A DNA stretch of 63,758 nt, counting the filler, from Bigelowiella natans CCMP2755 (Eukaryota > Protista > Cercozoa): the NCBI GenBank assembly GCA_000320545.1. It is 6 parts of 6 records of this genome, joined end to end, with 100 filler letters (N's around TTAATTAATTAA, not from the genome) between each part and the next. Parts side by side here need not be neighbours in the genome. Positions count along the whole stretch, not along the records: positions 1 to 29,198 come from ADNK01002041.1; 5 more parts are not named here. The stretch is one strand, 5' to 3'. How positions within the stretch are numbered: position 1 is the first letter of the stretch; every line of letters starts with the position of its first letter. This document shows positions 11,847 to 24,412 of the stretch, piece after piece. The notes under the pieces were generated by a model. The model ran no database searches. It was not told the DNA's origin and saw only the letters and a program-made list of their open reading frames with translations. The position numbers and the translations under genes are program-made.

Positions 11847-14800
11847 ATGTCGAGGCAGCACGCGTGGAGGGCTAAGCCTACGACGGTAAGAGGACCTTCC
11901 ATGTGCTCCTTAGAGCAACACCTAGGTGATTATTCGTGCTCTTGTTTCCAGGACGAGAAGGAGATGATGGACTCTCTCGATAGTTGTCGACTCTATGTTC
12001 TCCAACAGCGCGGTCCCCTCAGTTTTATTGTCAAGGTTAATTATATTTAGGGAATAATGCAAAGACTGCCTTCTCTGAGTGTTTGCATCTCACAGCGCGA
12101 CGGAGAAAAAGGCAAACATCGCGTGATGATCGGGGTACGCCTTGGCAACTAAGCTCGCTCCAAACCCGATCGATCATCAATAACTCCTATCACTTTGTTC
12201 TTTGTGCTGCAACCGTTTCAAGGAGAAGCAATCCTGCAGTTGCCACCAGGATAATACAAAGCTCTGCCAACATCTGTTCTTTGTGATGATTAAAGTTCTC
12301 CGAGTCAGCAGAGGTCGGTGTCGGAGATGTGACGAAGCAACTAACTTGATCCATACGATTTCATCTGCTCATGAAGCCTTGAAACTGTTTTCCAGATAAC
12401 CCTTTGGTCTGGCAACTCTCGCTTGTTGACAGAGAGGTAGCAAATTCAAAGACTCGTGTCAAACGGCAGCTGCAGCCTCACGATATGTGCATTGTCAATA
12501 GATCGGTGATATTCTGGCTGGGAAGTATACAAAAAGAACAAGGGAAACCAAACCTCTTGCATTTCGCAAGAAGGAAGCTCAGACTTCGAAAGTACTCACG
12601 CCATTAAGATAGAGGTCATACCTACGTGGGCCCTTTTGTAACAATTTCGCGCTTTAGGCGGAACGGCGGCAAATTATTTCTGGAGAGCCATGTCCAATCT
12701 GCTATAGTGAAATGGTAAGAAAATAAAGAGTCACTCTCGCAATCGATATTTAACAAGGCCTGATAGATTAACATATACAAACAATCAGGAAGAAGACAAC
12801 GAGGCAATCGTATTCTGTGACGTCAAATGTGGGAGGGGGTAAGAACTGGACTCAGCGCATCCATTCTTTATCTCTTATTCGTTGTTATACTAACTCTTAG
12901 AATCCATGCAAAATGTATGCAAGTCTGGGCACAGGTATCTCCGACGAGCACGATGATTTTCTGTGAGTATCAACGAACCCACGCTCCCACGTTTTAACCT
13001 AAACAGCACCGGATGGAAGAGAGAGAGCCGATATCCTGTCCCCTTTGCCGATCTGATTGGGTAACCAAACAGTCGTTGCTTACTCTTTCGATCGTAGAAA
13101 ATAAATGCAACAACACTTCAGGGTGCGGACTCGATGCAGCAGATCTCGAAGGTGCTATTCGACTGGGAGAAGGGGAAACGCAACGACGCCGCGACGAGTG
13201 GGCCTGGACAAGAATCCCAACTGAAACCGGCATCAAAGCCCGTTTGTTCTCAGTGCAGAAGAACGATATTCTATCAAAGGTCGTACGTGCGACAAAGCTA
13301 GACTCCACAAAATCGAGCTGCAGGAGAATAAATGTGCACGTTACATACCCATTCTCCCGTTTGACGTTTCTTTCGAGATACTCAGCACTCGCTCGACTAA
13401 CACAGGTACCGGTGTGTCGTCTGCAAAGTGCACAATCTATGCCAAAGCTGCTACCACTCGTACACTAGAAAGGCGAAGAATAAGGTGTGGGCGACTTTTT
13501 CTGCATCGCTTTGCGCGCGCCACGATGACGGACAGCCTGAGATGCCTTCTTTTCCACACCAGATGAGCTTGAAGCACGTGTTTGTGAAGCGAAAGGAAGA
13601 TCAAAAAGACATGGTGCCTGGGCCCTGGACAGGGCCTCCAAAAAAGAAGCAGGATACCCGCGGTACGTGGAAGAGAAAACAAAAAACGAAAGCATAGAAC
13701 TATAAAAGGGTCGAATTTTGTCAGAGATTGCGAGGGCGTTGCTGCAGATGCAGACGAGGGAGATCTCCACCAGGTGCACGATACGTTCCGTGTCTCCCTT
13801 CAACTTATACTGAGTCTTTGCCTGTATTACGTCGATGGCAGCGACTACGAGTTGCTTCTGCGGCTGGACAGGGGTTCGAAGGACATGCCAGCCTACGAAT
13901 ATCTTGCCTGGCATGGCCTCCCGCAGGCCGATCCCGACCCTCTCAGCAGCTGCAACATTTGCAAGTACAGAGCTCTTTCTCGTTGTTTTGATAGAATCTC
14001 TCGCGTGGCAGTGATAAATCCCAAATTGATCGTGCTCTGCTGACAGCCTGCCATTGGTGGCGAACCAGGGAGACACGCTCAAGCTGCTTCCATGTGGCCA
14101 CAGGTAGTTTAGGAACAAGCAAGCACGCACTCACTGACACGCATACATATACAAATTGGATCTTGTCACGTGGACTTGTGTCTGATTCTTCTTTTGCGTG
14201 CGCAGCGTGCACGCACGATGCCTTCTCGGGGAGTTAATGTATGACATTTCCAAGCCCTGTGGAACGTGCAACGAGCCCGTATGTTAACACATTAAAAAAC
14301 CGTAGATAGAGATGGGACCATGTGATTGCTTCGATACTGTATTTCCATGCCGTTTAGATTTTCCCTGGATTACTCCCTAGCAATCTATCTCTGAGAGTCA
14401 AGCGAAAGAAGCCAAAGGCTAAGCCGAAAATCCCACTCCATTCGCATCCATTGAAAGGCCAGCCGTTTTCATCATCATTATCAACATCAACAACAACAAC
14501 AACACCATCTGCACCAGCGGCAAAAGCACACCCTCCATCCTTGCTGCGCGGTCCAAGGAATGACCTGTTGCAAATGGTCTCCATTCACGGTCAATGTATA
14601 ACACGAACGAGCGAGTCCAAACGCTCACGGTCATACGGTCGCGCACAAACATCCTCTCTTCCCGAGATCAAGTCTGCGGGGGGTACAAGGTTAAGAACAC
14701 GGTCTTTACAGCCCGCTCGTCTCCATCCTCGGTAGTTTCAGCACATCACAAGCAGTTAGTAGGATAGGGGTAGGGATCGAAATAAGTCTTAAAATCTTTT

Positions 14801-15256
14801 CCATTCATAGAACCGTAGAGCCAATGGACTCCAATGGAAAGAAATACCTATTTTTTGTACCCCCCACCGTGCACTGCTTTTCAAATAGTCCCCAAGCTGC
14901 AAGGAAGGCTTCGACTCCGCCACTCCCTCACATTACGAGTTCCGGTCGCCGACGAACTTCCTCAGCTGTGCGCCCCGGCTTGCAATCCCAGAATGGACGA
15001 CATGTAGCTCTCGAGATTGGAACTCCGAGTCGTGCCCGGCCTTCACATGTTGCTCGAACCATACCCGCCAATAGGACGCGAATAAAACGTGGAAATTCAA
15101 GGAGGCGAAACAACGATTCCGGTCCCAACAACATACTTGTACATATGCATGTGAGTGTCTTTCTTTCTGTGTGTCTGCGTATCAGCGTTCGAATTTCAAA
15201 AATATACTGTTACATTATAATTTGACAGCATGAGATACGTACTGTAGTGCGTAGCA

Positions 15257-15287
<31 letters not shown>

Positions 15288-15516
15288 CAAGCATTTCGTA
15301 AACGGGAATCAGAAGAAACTTATGAAGATATTGAGGAAAAGAAGAAGAAATTATCTTGTAACATTGCTATTTACGAAGATCTATGTTGTTACATATCTAG
15401 CATATGCTCACACCCAACGGAACACTGAAGGTGGCAGGGGCCGCCCACCTGGAGTAATATCGATTGTGGGCCGAACCTGTACTGAAGAGACAAATGGCAA
15501 TGGCTCCAGAGGATGA
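11847..15516 (+). CDS. ZSWIM2/MEX-like E3 ligase (SWIM, RING, ZZ, RING, low-complexity tail); multi-exon
   Basis: QQRGPLSFIVK, CSC..LCQHLFFVMIKVLRV (SWIM), NPLVWQLSLVDRE, CPICYSEM..C..C..IHAKCMQVW..CPLCRSDW (RING), CSQC..YRCVVC..NLCQSCY (ZZ), QTREISP..DYELLLRLD, LPCGH..HARC; 3' end approximate. Confidence 0.78.
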
Positions 15517-16327
15517 TTCATCGGATCCACGGTCCTCCCCGCATCGTCGCGGCATGAACACGCTAGCACGCATGACGGAAGTTTCTGTGTCGATGAACTA
15601 CGCTATAACACTCTAGCACTACTACTATAGACTACTACTCATGTTTGACGCAGCGCTAGAACGCAGTCAGCATCGATCTTCGATTCTACGCATATACCGC
15701 GCCTAGCAAATCTGCTGGCTCAGCTCATGTAGAATGAACAAGAGCACAAATAAATAAAGCTCGCTTGCATTGCTCTAGCTAGTCAAGCTAGTAGTAGTAG
15801 TGCTAGAGTGCTTGCTCCTACACTGCGCTCTACTAGTCGATCATTGCTAGATTTCCATGTCAATCATCGTTGTGCATCTCATTTTGAGGATGATGCGCAT
15901 TTGCAGCTCGCCACAAATGGCACATGATTTGCATGCATGCTGTCGGCTGCTGCGAGCGAGCAATGAAATCGGTTCAGAGAGCAGGCAGCGAGCAAAGAAA
16001 TCGGTTCTGCTTGCTGCAATCAGTACGTAGCGGTAATATTCTTGTGAAGCTGAACACATTTTGACATTTTTTTTACTACCAGAGACTAGATGCTACGTGT
16101 ATCTTAAACAGTAACACAAATTTGTTAGCATAAGCTTCGAACCCATCCTGCAACTACCATTTCAATTGCTCCGTCGTTCAAATATGAGCTAGTTTTCCAT
16201 TTCGTGCCTTTCATTATAATTGATTGTTTGGTCTCCCAATATGCTATAGATTTGTTTTCCCAATGGCGTCTTAAAGTTGACATCATTTGGTGTGCTATAC
16301 ACTTGACTAGGAATGTAAGAATACTAT

Positions 16328-17197
16328 TTAACTTTGTGGGTTGAGGAGAGGCCAACCAAAATTAGCGGTATCGAATGAAAACGGCATTGGAGCTCCAAAT
16401 ATGTCATTATCCCCCTTAATATTCCTAATATTGGTCGGCATGCCAGATGGTAGTCGAAGTCCGCCACTTGATTCATGTTCTTCTTTCACAGTAACTGAAC
16501 GCGTCTCATTCCCGGAACTCTTTGTTGGGAAATTTCCATTATCCAGATTATTTCGAAGGGTTTGAAGCATATGAATGGGAAGAATTTTCGTGTATTGTTG
16601 TACAACGCCTTCAAGGCGGGCATGACTCTTCGCAAGTTTTGCGTAGTTCTTGCTCAATTCTTTGATAGAACTCCGAAGATCGTTCAAAATGCTCTTCTGT
16701 GTTGTCTTCTTTCGAATCTTCATCAATAGATGCTTCTTTCCCTTGCGAAACTGGGGATGCTTGAATCGGTAGTGTCCTTCTCTAGCCTGCTTTCGGCTAC
16801 GAAATCCATACATATTTAAATTTCTAACGAAGGAGCGAAATCGTTTGGTTCTGAAGTAGCTTGGAAGGATTTTGGCACAAAAAGATTCGGAATTTTTAAC
16901 TAAGAATCCGTTTCCATCCTCTGCCCAACAAATTATGTGATCGGTGTGCGGGTCGTCAACCATCTCGTAAGTCTTCCCAACGAGTGAAGGAAACTCGCTT
17001 TCAGTTTCCTCTAAAGAGTCATCGAGCATGACGTCACATCCTTTTCCGTCCCCCTCGCCCTCGGAGTTGAGGTTTAATCCATACTCCGAAAGATCTAAGT
17101 CGGTTCCTACGCCATTTGCATTCAAAGAAGGAGCCGTTTGAAATTTGAAATCGGCGTGAGGCTTTGGGGTTGGTGGAGGGAGGGCTTTGGAGGTCAT
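16328..17197 (-). CDS. HSF-type DNA-binding transcription factor, intronless
   Basis: KTYEMVDDP..IICWAEDGNGFLV..ILPSYFRTKRFRSFVRNLNMYGFR..FKHPQFRKG..IRKK followed by a coiled coil. Confidence 0.92.
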   Translation of the reverse strand: MTSKALPPPTPKPHADFKFQTAPSLNANGVGTDLDLSEYGLNLNSEGEGDGKGCDVMLDDSLEETESEFPSLVGKTYEMVDDPHTDHIICWAEDGNGFLVKNSESFCAKILPSYFRTKRFRSFVRNLNMYGFRSRKQAREGHYRFKHPQFRKGKKHLLMKIRKKTTQKSILNDLRSSIKELSKNYAKLAKSHARLEGVVQQYTKILPIHMLQTLRNNLDNGNFPTKSSGNETRSVTVKEEHESSGGLRLPSGMPTNIRNIKGDNDIFGAPMPFSFDTANFGWPLLNPQS

Positions 17198-18056
17198 TTG
17201 GGAGTTTGGTTTGTCTGGGTCCCCCTTCGCTGCACTCTCTCTCTACTTTTCCTTTCATCCAGATTACTTTATTCACATTAACGAAATAATTACTAGATAT
17301 TATTGTATTAATATTTCCATTGACTATGTCGTACTACATTATAGCACGATAAAAAGGAGCCTACGCATTCTTAATACTGTTGTTTATGAATCTGAAGAGG
17401 AACTTCGCGTTAGACATCCTTCGACAAAGCTAAAGCATCGATTTTACACTTTTATTCATGATGTTTAGGAGTTTTCTTTCTGGTTCCGGGGATCCCGATG
17501 TTCGAATTTGTCTCTTTCAGCCGATGAATTTCCCCGCCCGAAACCAGATGTACCAGGATACATTGGTCTACGACAAGTATATTTTGCTTCTTCAGTGGTA
17601 AAATATGTTAGATTTTGATCAATGTTTGCCGTAGGTCACTTTCAGTTCACGATCGCAGTCCACTGGTGGCTGTAGCACAAGCATCATTTTACCGAAAGTG
17701 ATCCAGAAATCTCCGTGTACACGTCAGGCGGAGAAATTCTGGTTTCTCAAAAGAACTTTACTGTAAACTTCTTTGCCCAAATACCCTATTACAGTCTTTA
17801 TGAAGAATGGCTGCATTTCGTTCATCGATAGATCGATTTTGATGTCGTAGAATGAAAAGGCATATATCAGATATTGCACGATGAAGTACAAACTTCATCG
17901 ATAAAAGAAGTACGAATTACTCGTCTCTTTCTTCTTGACACAACCAAGCAAAGGGTCTCCCGCCAAAAATGAGTTTGTAAACTGGATGAAGGAGATTTCC
18001 ATCATGCGGTAATGAAGATGTGGTGTCGTATACGATAACAGGTAAAGGTCAAGCAA

Positions 18057-19919
18057 ATGGCGACCGAGGCGGAAGGACTTGTTGAGGCCTTAAAGAGGAC
18101 CTCCTTCCGGCCTCTTCCCTCTCCAAAGGCGCTTCAATGGATGTATCAAATCAATAATCCACGGACTCAAGAATTTTTGAGATGGTTCCAAACGAACGTA
18201 AACCAAGACAACATCTTAACACGTACAGAAAAGGCTGAGTATCTGAACTTGGAGGAAAAAAAATTGCTCAAAGGTAAGGAGGAGCTGAAAAATGCACTCG
18301 ATATTGCGCTATCTGAAAGGAAAGAAACGTCTGCATCTCTTCAAAAGGAAATAGCAAACCACGATGACGAAATTAAAAAAGCAGAGCGCCAACTCAAACT
18401 CCTTGTGCAGCAACGAAATGCTCTTACGGAGCACAATGGCTTGCTTAGCTCTGAGCTTGAAAGACAAGAGTCTTATCGTAAAGAATCCATGTCCAATATG
18501 CGGAAGGCTGAAGTTACTTCACGCCATGCATCTGAAAAATTCGATTCTGAGCTAAGAAATCTCGCTGGTGGATGCGAAAAATATAAATTGGATTTTATCG
18601 AAGGAAAAGGAAGGGAGCAATCCAAGACCAAGTATTTATTCCAGATGAACTTGCATGACTATAGAAACGCAGAAATTGGTTTTAGTAAAGCCCTCAACCA
18701 CTATTGGGGTCGCCAATTTCACCCCAGCTTTGAGCAGGAACTAAAACCAAAAGATGATGCATCTGAGTTTCTAGATTTTGCGAATGTTGAAACGACCAGC
18801 CTCTCAATGGGAAAAGAAGAGAAAGCAGCCCTAAAAGAAGTTTGGCGAGAAATGATTCGTTTACAAGGAGTGTATAAAATCAGCATGGCTCAATGGGTAC
18901 GCGCTGGTGAGGAGTTAGCAAAAGTTTATGCTGGCGACAGAGAAAAACAGCAGGGAAAGTTAAGGAGGGATGGTGGAATAATCGCCTTGGACGGTTCTGA
19001 GATTGATCAACTGAAACTAGAAAATGAGAAGCTCGAAAAGAAGCGAGATTCTCTCTACACGCAAGTAGATATCCTTTTGAATGAATTACAACAACTCCAG
19101 GTTCAGCCTGTATTGCTTGGAAACTACCAACTGAAGTGCGCTCGATATAGATACTACAGCGAAAAGCTGAGGTACCTTCGGAAATCTATAGTTAGCCAAA
19201 TCGCACGGAAAAGAGTCTTGATCAAAGGATTGAAAACTGAGCAAAGTATTTTGCGAAAAGCCTCAACTTTAGTAAGTGACCTCTCCCGGTGCTTGGAAGG
19301 TGAAGGTGAAGCTCAACGTGGCAGAATCTCAGAATATAAGAGGCTCAGCGAAAAGAACCAAATGAATCAAAAGAACACCATTGATGCACGTGATGAACTA
19401 ATGAACACTGTGAAGTCTCTTATCAGATCTAATTCCCAAGAGGTCTCCATTGGATCAGACAAATTCGTATCGTATAAAACGTTAGAATCCCTAGTGCGAC
19501 GGCGCCTACTCTCCACTACAAATGAAGAGATTCTAGACATAAAACAACGCCAGGAAACTCTTCTCGAAAAACGTATGGATACTTTGTCGAATTTACTTTC
19601 CAAGACATTTGGGCTTGAAGATGTACAACTTCACGGCCGATGGCCAAAGCCTGAGAATTTTTCGCGAGTCAGCTTACATTCATTGCAACCAAAACGATTT
19701 TTACAAAGCTTGGATAGTTTCGACAAGTTGCAAAACACATTACACCAAGAGGTTGCAAATCTCAAGGGAGAATTTAGCGCCATTCAACAGAAATTGAACG
19801 CCAATAGAAGTGACACGAGAATTCGGAGGGGACTTTTCGTTAACTTTTTCACTAAACGGGATAAGTTGGCAGCGGACTGGGAAGAAATGAAAAAACGCAT
19901 CGATGCCCAGACTATTTAA
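18057..19919 (+). CDS. HAUS3: Augmin complex subunit 3-like, intronless, 620 aa
   Basis: N-terminal LVEALKR..LQWMY..FLRWFQTNVNQDNILT..E..Y, central PVLLGNYQLKCARYRYY and C-terminal RGLFVNFF match the HAUS3 motifs as I recall them; coiled-coil composition and typical length. Confidence 0.75.
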   Translation: MATEAEGLVEALKRTSFRPLPSPKALQWMYQINNPRTQEFLRWFQTNVNQDNILTRTEKAEYLNLEEKKLLKGKEELKNALDIALSERKETSASLQKEIANHDDEIKKAERQLKLLVQQRNALTEHNGLLSSELERQESYRKESMSNMRKAEVTSRHASEKFDSELRNLAGGCEKYKLDFIEGKGREQSKTKYLFQMNLHDYRNAEIGFSKALNHYWGRQFHPSFEQELKPKDDASEFLDFANVETTSLSMGKEEKAALKEVWREMIRLQGVYKISMAQWVRAGEELAKVYAGDREKQQGKLRRDGGIIALDGSEIDQLKLENEKLEKKRDSLYTQVDILLNELQQLQVQPVLLGNYQLKCARYRYYSEKLRYLRKSIVSQIARKRVLIKGLKTEQSILRKASTLVSDLSRCLEGEGEAQRGRISEYKRLSEKNQMNQKNTIDARDELMNTVKSLIRSNSQEVSIGSDKFVSYKTLESLVRRRLLSTTNEEILDIKQRQETLLEKRMDTLSNLLSKTFGLEDVQLHGRWPKPENFSRVSLHSLQPKRFLQSLDSFDKLQNTLHQEVANLKGEFSAIQQKLNANRSDTRIRRGLFVNFFTKRDKLAADWEEMKKRIDAQTI

Positions 19920-20971
19920 TATATTCCCAAACGTACCCTCACTAGCCTCACCAAGCTGTACATATGTTAGCAACCTAACTTGTCTGAAAGCTGCGCACAA
20001 GGCCTGTCATCGCTGCTTATGGTCGCATGCCACGCATCAGCGCTGGGGAAAATGCACTCTAGATATGTCCGGGTGTAGTATAGCTAGCAGCACGCAGCAT
20101 GCTGCGTCCTTGCAACGTTGCAGCAGGAACTCTGCCCATCGACGGCTGCGGATGCACAATGCTAGCGCGCATACCTGCTACCTGCCTTATGCTAGCTTGA
20201 TCGCAAGACCTAGCTTGTGGAGGAGCACATATATATAGGTACGGCGGGACTCCGCAATCCGCAATGCATAAAATGTGGCGCTGGCTACGCACAATCAAGC
20301 ATCTAGCTGCGATAGCCCGCTGCTTACATATGCTTTTTATGTATATCGTCGTATCTGGCATGCATGTTTGCAATGATTGCGTGCAGCGACGGCACATGTA
20401 TAGAGGCTACGTGTAACGTACGTATATCATCTTTATTAATGCTTATTAGCACGTCAAACAGATTTAATGGTGTTAACGACAACCCTTGCTCTTGTCTGTG
20501 CAGCAATAAGTAGTCTAGTAGTACCTGGAGTATAAGCTAGGCGATTACATTTAAATTTCTTTGATTTAATGGATATGACAGGGATATATTAATGAACGGC
20601 ATATTCTCCTCGCCAACGTATAAGACTTGATGAGAGGAAAATCTTCTAATAAACGAGTCATCATCTCGCAAATAGTTCAAATTATAGATGGAAAATGTGC
20701 CAGCACTCCAACTACAATGATGAAAACCAACATACTAATAATTGCACGATGCTCCGGCCTGATGAAACACACAACACACACACACACAGTATTAACAAAC
20801 ACAACACAATACATAAACGCTGTAAGACTTACATCATGAACAAGACGAAGCCTAACGCCAAAACAAAGCCCTGAACATTTAAGACTCGTTTAGGTTTGAT
20901 TCCGAATGAAAATATTACAAGAAAAAATCGTACTATAAGATGGATGGGAGAGTTTCTTCTCGATGCCAGGG

Positions 20972-22999
20972 CTATGTTCGGCTGCGACAAAGAGCATCGT
21001 GAGGCAAGGAATACGTTTCTAATGAAAGCATTATACACACTGGCTCATCTGGCTCGTCTTCTGGAGGTGGAAGCATGGCCATGAGCTTTTGGCGTGTAAC
21101 TCCATACTTTTTCGCGTCCGCAAAATAGGCCCTGACAAAAATTTTGATGCCTCCGTTAAACTCTGGCTTCAACTGTAATTGTAACGCACGCACGCGACAC
21201 AAACACACACACACGCCCGCGCGCGCACGCACACAACTCAGAGTCGTGGAGTTGATATCCGACCTAACAAAGTCTTGTTCATTCTTATACTCGTGGAACT
21301 TCCCCGGGAGGAATTGCGCTGTTCTGTCCGCAAATTGCCTGAAAAGGTGCGAGAGGGTTACAAAAAGAACAAAAACGGATCGGCAGGAGACCAGAGGCTG
21401 CTCTCCCAACTTCTGGATTCAAAACCAAGGAATTGCAATCGCTAGAATCATCGGTATCTTCAGTATCGTTTTAAAAGTTCGCGTGGATGGATGGATGCTG
21501 TCGTTCAGATTGTTCCCTGAGTGCTTTGTCGACCTGCCGTCTTGCAACCGGATGCAGATGCACGACATGTTGTCCTTGCTTCCATGGTGCAGAACCTCGT
21601 CGAGCAATTCGGCAACGATCTGAAATGAGAAAGGGAGAAGGGAATGGTGGTAGTAGTAGAAGTAGAAGTAGCAGTAGTAGTTCCAAGATTATTAGAGAAA
21701 ATCTTCGTTTTCATTCACGAATGGCAAGCTCCTACCGCTGCCGGATCGCGCCTTCGGTCCTTCTGCAAGCTCTAAGTATGTTTATCAGAAGTATGTTATC
21801 ACACAATTGCGTATTTCCTCCTCCCCTCCCCCTCCCTCCTCCTCCTCCTCCTCCTCCTTGTTATGAATAAACTGTACAACCTGATGAACGAACTTTGCCA
21901 CTGCCTCGCGTGAGAGCTGCTCGAAGAGGCCGTCACTAGGGGAATGATGTGGGCAAGGCGGCAACATCGATAATCATCTTTCGATCGGTCAAACAAAGGT
22001 TGCAGTGAAGGAAAACTCAGCTCTGTCGACCTACCAGCAGACAAGGAGAGTGTCGCCCTCGTACATGATCTCGTTCGTGACGTCGGGCACTGCGATTACT
22101 TTCTGCTCGTGATAACTAAGAGCCGAGTTGTTCTTGTACGACCAGTCTCTGTTTTATTTCGCACCACCATCGTAATCATCATCACCACCGCCATCGTCCA
22201 CCATTCGAACGCAGACTATCGTGGGACAGAGGATGAAATAATTACCCGAAGGCTCTCGAGAGCGCCAACTGCCCGTCCACGCGATTTTGCTTCACGAAGC
22301 TGCGGATATGATGCAATTGAGGGTGAAGACGTCGCAAATATATCGGTGAAAAATCTCTAACCCGCCGGCCATGTAAATTCTTCGCCTTTCGACACTGTTT
22401 TCAGGCTTGTGGTCCATAGTCAAGGGCACCATGCGCCCGTTGCTGCGAACGATTAGCGCGCGAGAATCACCGACGTTGCACACCGTCACTTTGTAGCCCT
22501 TCTTGGCTCCTTCGGCCCCCCCCAACGGTTGACACAACGCGAAAACACAAGTAGAGCCTGCCCCAAGAATGATGGATGATCGAATTTGATTAGGTTGCGT
22601 CATAAATTATTGTTGTCGCTACACAAGGGAATACACGCACAGACACGTTTATACATACAGGCACACGTTCTTTTGCGCTTTGCTTTGTGCATATTTTGTT
22701 TAAAATTCAACTCTGACCATCCAGCCGAATATCCTGATGCTTGAGGAATTTCTGGTCGAATTGAACAAGGGCATCGGTCTGCACAAAAAAACAGGTCATG
22801 CGATTGATTCTGCAACCGATGGATTCCTCAAGGGGAAGGAGCATAGGATGATACTTCACAACTACCAGTTCTTTCTTCGATGTTGGATCCTTCAAATTGC
22901 CTATCACGTTCGGGAGGTGGTCCTCGAGAAACTTTGAGCATTTACTCCCACGATGGCCGTCTAGAGAAGGATACAATGGATAGGAAGGAATGGTCATAA

Positions 23000-23067
<68 letters not shown>

Positions 23068-23089
23068 TCTCTCTCCCCTCTCCCCCCCC

Positions 23090-23150
<61 letters not shown>

Positions 23151-23538
23151 GAATGAAGCCATAGTGTCGACTTACCGTAGACACCGAACATAGAGAGGTT
23201 ACGATGCTTCTCGCTAAGCTTAAGACGAATAGTCATTGCATCTTCCATGTGAATTCTCCATCCTGTACCACATACAATCTTGTAAAGTCCAGTCCTGAGA
23301 CTTCCAGCATCGGTCGAACGATGCGGCAACCCATGATAGATCAATCTATGCTCTTTTATTATACCGTGCATCTCCGCAGCACCGACGTGGTAGTTCTCAT
23401 TCCCCGCACGTTTCAGTGCTTTGGAAGTCACTGGATGCGGCAAAGTTGCGCCCTATGATATGGTCCAAAGGGTAAACAAGTTGATTCTACACGACCAAGG
23501 TAGCAAATTATATTTAAAACTTAGGCGCGTGCCACCAT
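20972..23538 (-). CDS. PP2C (PPM) Ser/Thr phosphatase with MG start; multi-exon
   Basis: M|GATLPHPVTSK, GWRIHMEDA, FGVY|DGHRG, GSTCVF, NVGDSRA, DHKP, RVDGQLALSRAFG|D, CC|DGLFE, GSKDNMSC; 3' end approximate. Confidence 0.9.
23000..23146. repeat. (CT)n/(GA)n intronic microsatellite
   Basis: Direct reading. Confidence 0.95.
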
Positions 23539-24412
23539 GTCAATCCTTCGTTGAGGCCCCTTCCGAAGTTCTCTCTCGGTGATGTGCGTACACTCTCCAC
23601 GTTCTATTCCTTGTCACCGTCTCCGTAGGACCACTTGTCGACGCGCTTGTGGCTTCACTCTCCCCTGCCTGTGCTCGATCGCGCTTGGTTGAAGGTGAAG
23701 AAGCTGATGATAGATCTAGTTTGCCGCTTTATTATCTCAATTTGCCAACATTTTCCTCGTTAAAACACATTGTGTTTCACACCAGCGACATGCCTCAACA
23801 CCGGGAACAGCTAGCAGGAGGCAGGAGGACCACGAGCAGTCCGCTGGGCTCGCAGAAAGGAAGCTGCCTATTAGATGTTTCTGGCTCGAGAAGTTGCCAT
23901 GGTCTCCCAGCAGGCGAGGTGCGCTTGAAGGGGAATTTAGGGCGTTTTCAGGTTGTCGCAGGTCATGATGGACCGGTATTTGGGACAAATTTGACACAGC
24001 CCCTCAAAACCCTCCTAGAGCTGAGCAGCTAGTCGGAAGGGTGGGGGGACACTCGTCTTACATGCCTTCAGATATGGGGCTGGGGAGGCGGCGGGACGGC
24101 GGAGGAGCTAGTCTGAGTAGTAGTTCTGGAACTAGCGACAACAGAAACCAAGGTATGAACTGTGCAATACAGAACAATGAGGCCTACCGTGGAAGCCATG
24201 TGATAATATCTGACAACGCTCTGGGCCTTACTCAGATGTGCAAGGCATGAAGGGAACAACTGACTCGAGAAACTCTACATTACGCGACAGTGGAATGGTC
24301 TGCGGCACAGACAAGAAAATGATGGCAGTTGACCGTACCATTCCGATTTTCTTTATGTGATGATGCAAAATTACTACGACTAGAGATTATTCATAGATCC
24401 TCCGCATCTTTC

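Noticed and set aside
17470-18050. Possible small spliced gene between HSF and HAUS3
   Set aside because: Candidate exons give only short unrecognisable peptides; more likely promoter or UTR
22707-23193. ORFs with RERERE / SLSLSL / YIYIYI / CVCVCV runs, here and elsewhere
   Set aside because: Translations of intronic dinucleotide microsatellites
23600-24260. ORFs between PP2C and the NHL gene
   Set aside because: No domain signal; cannot be supported
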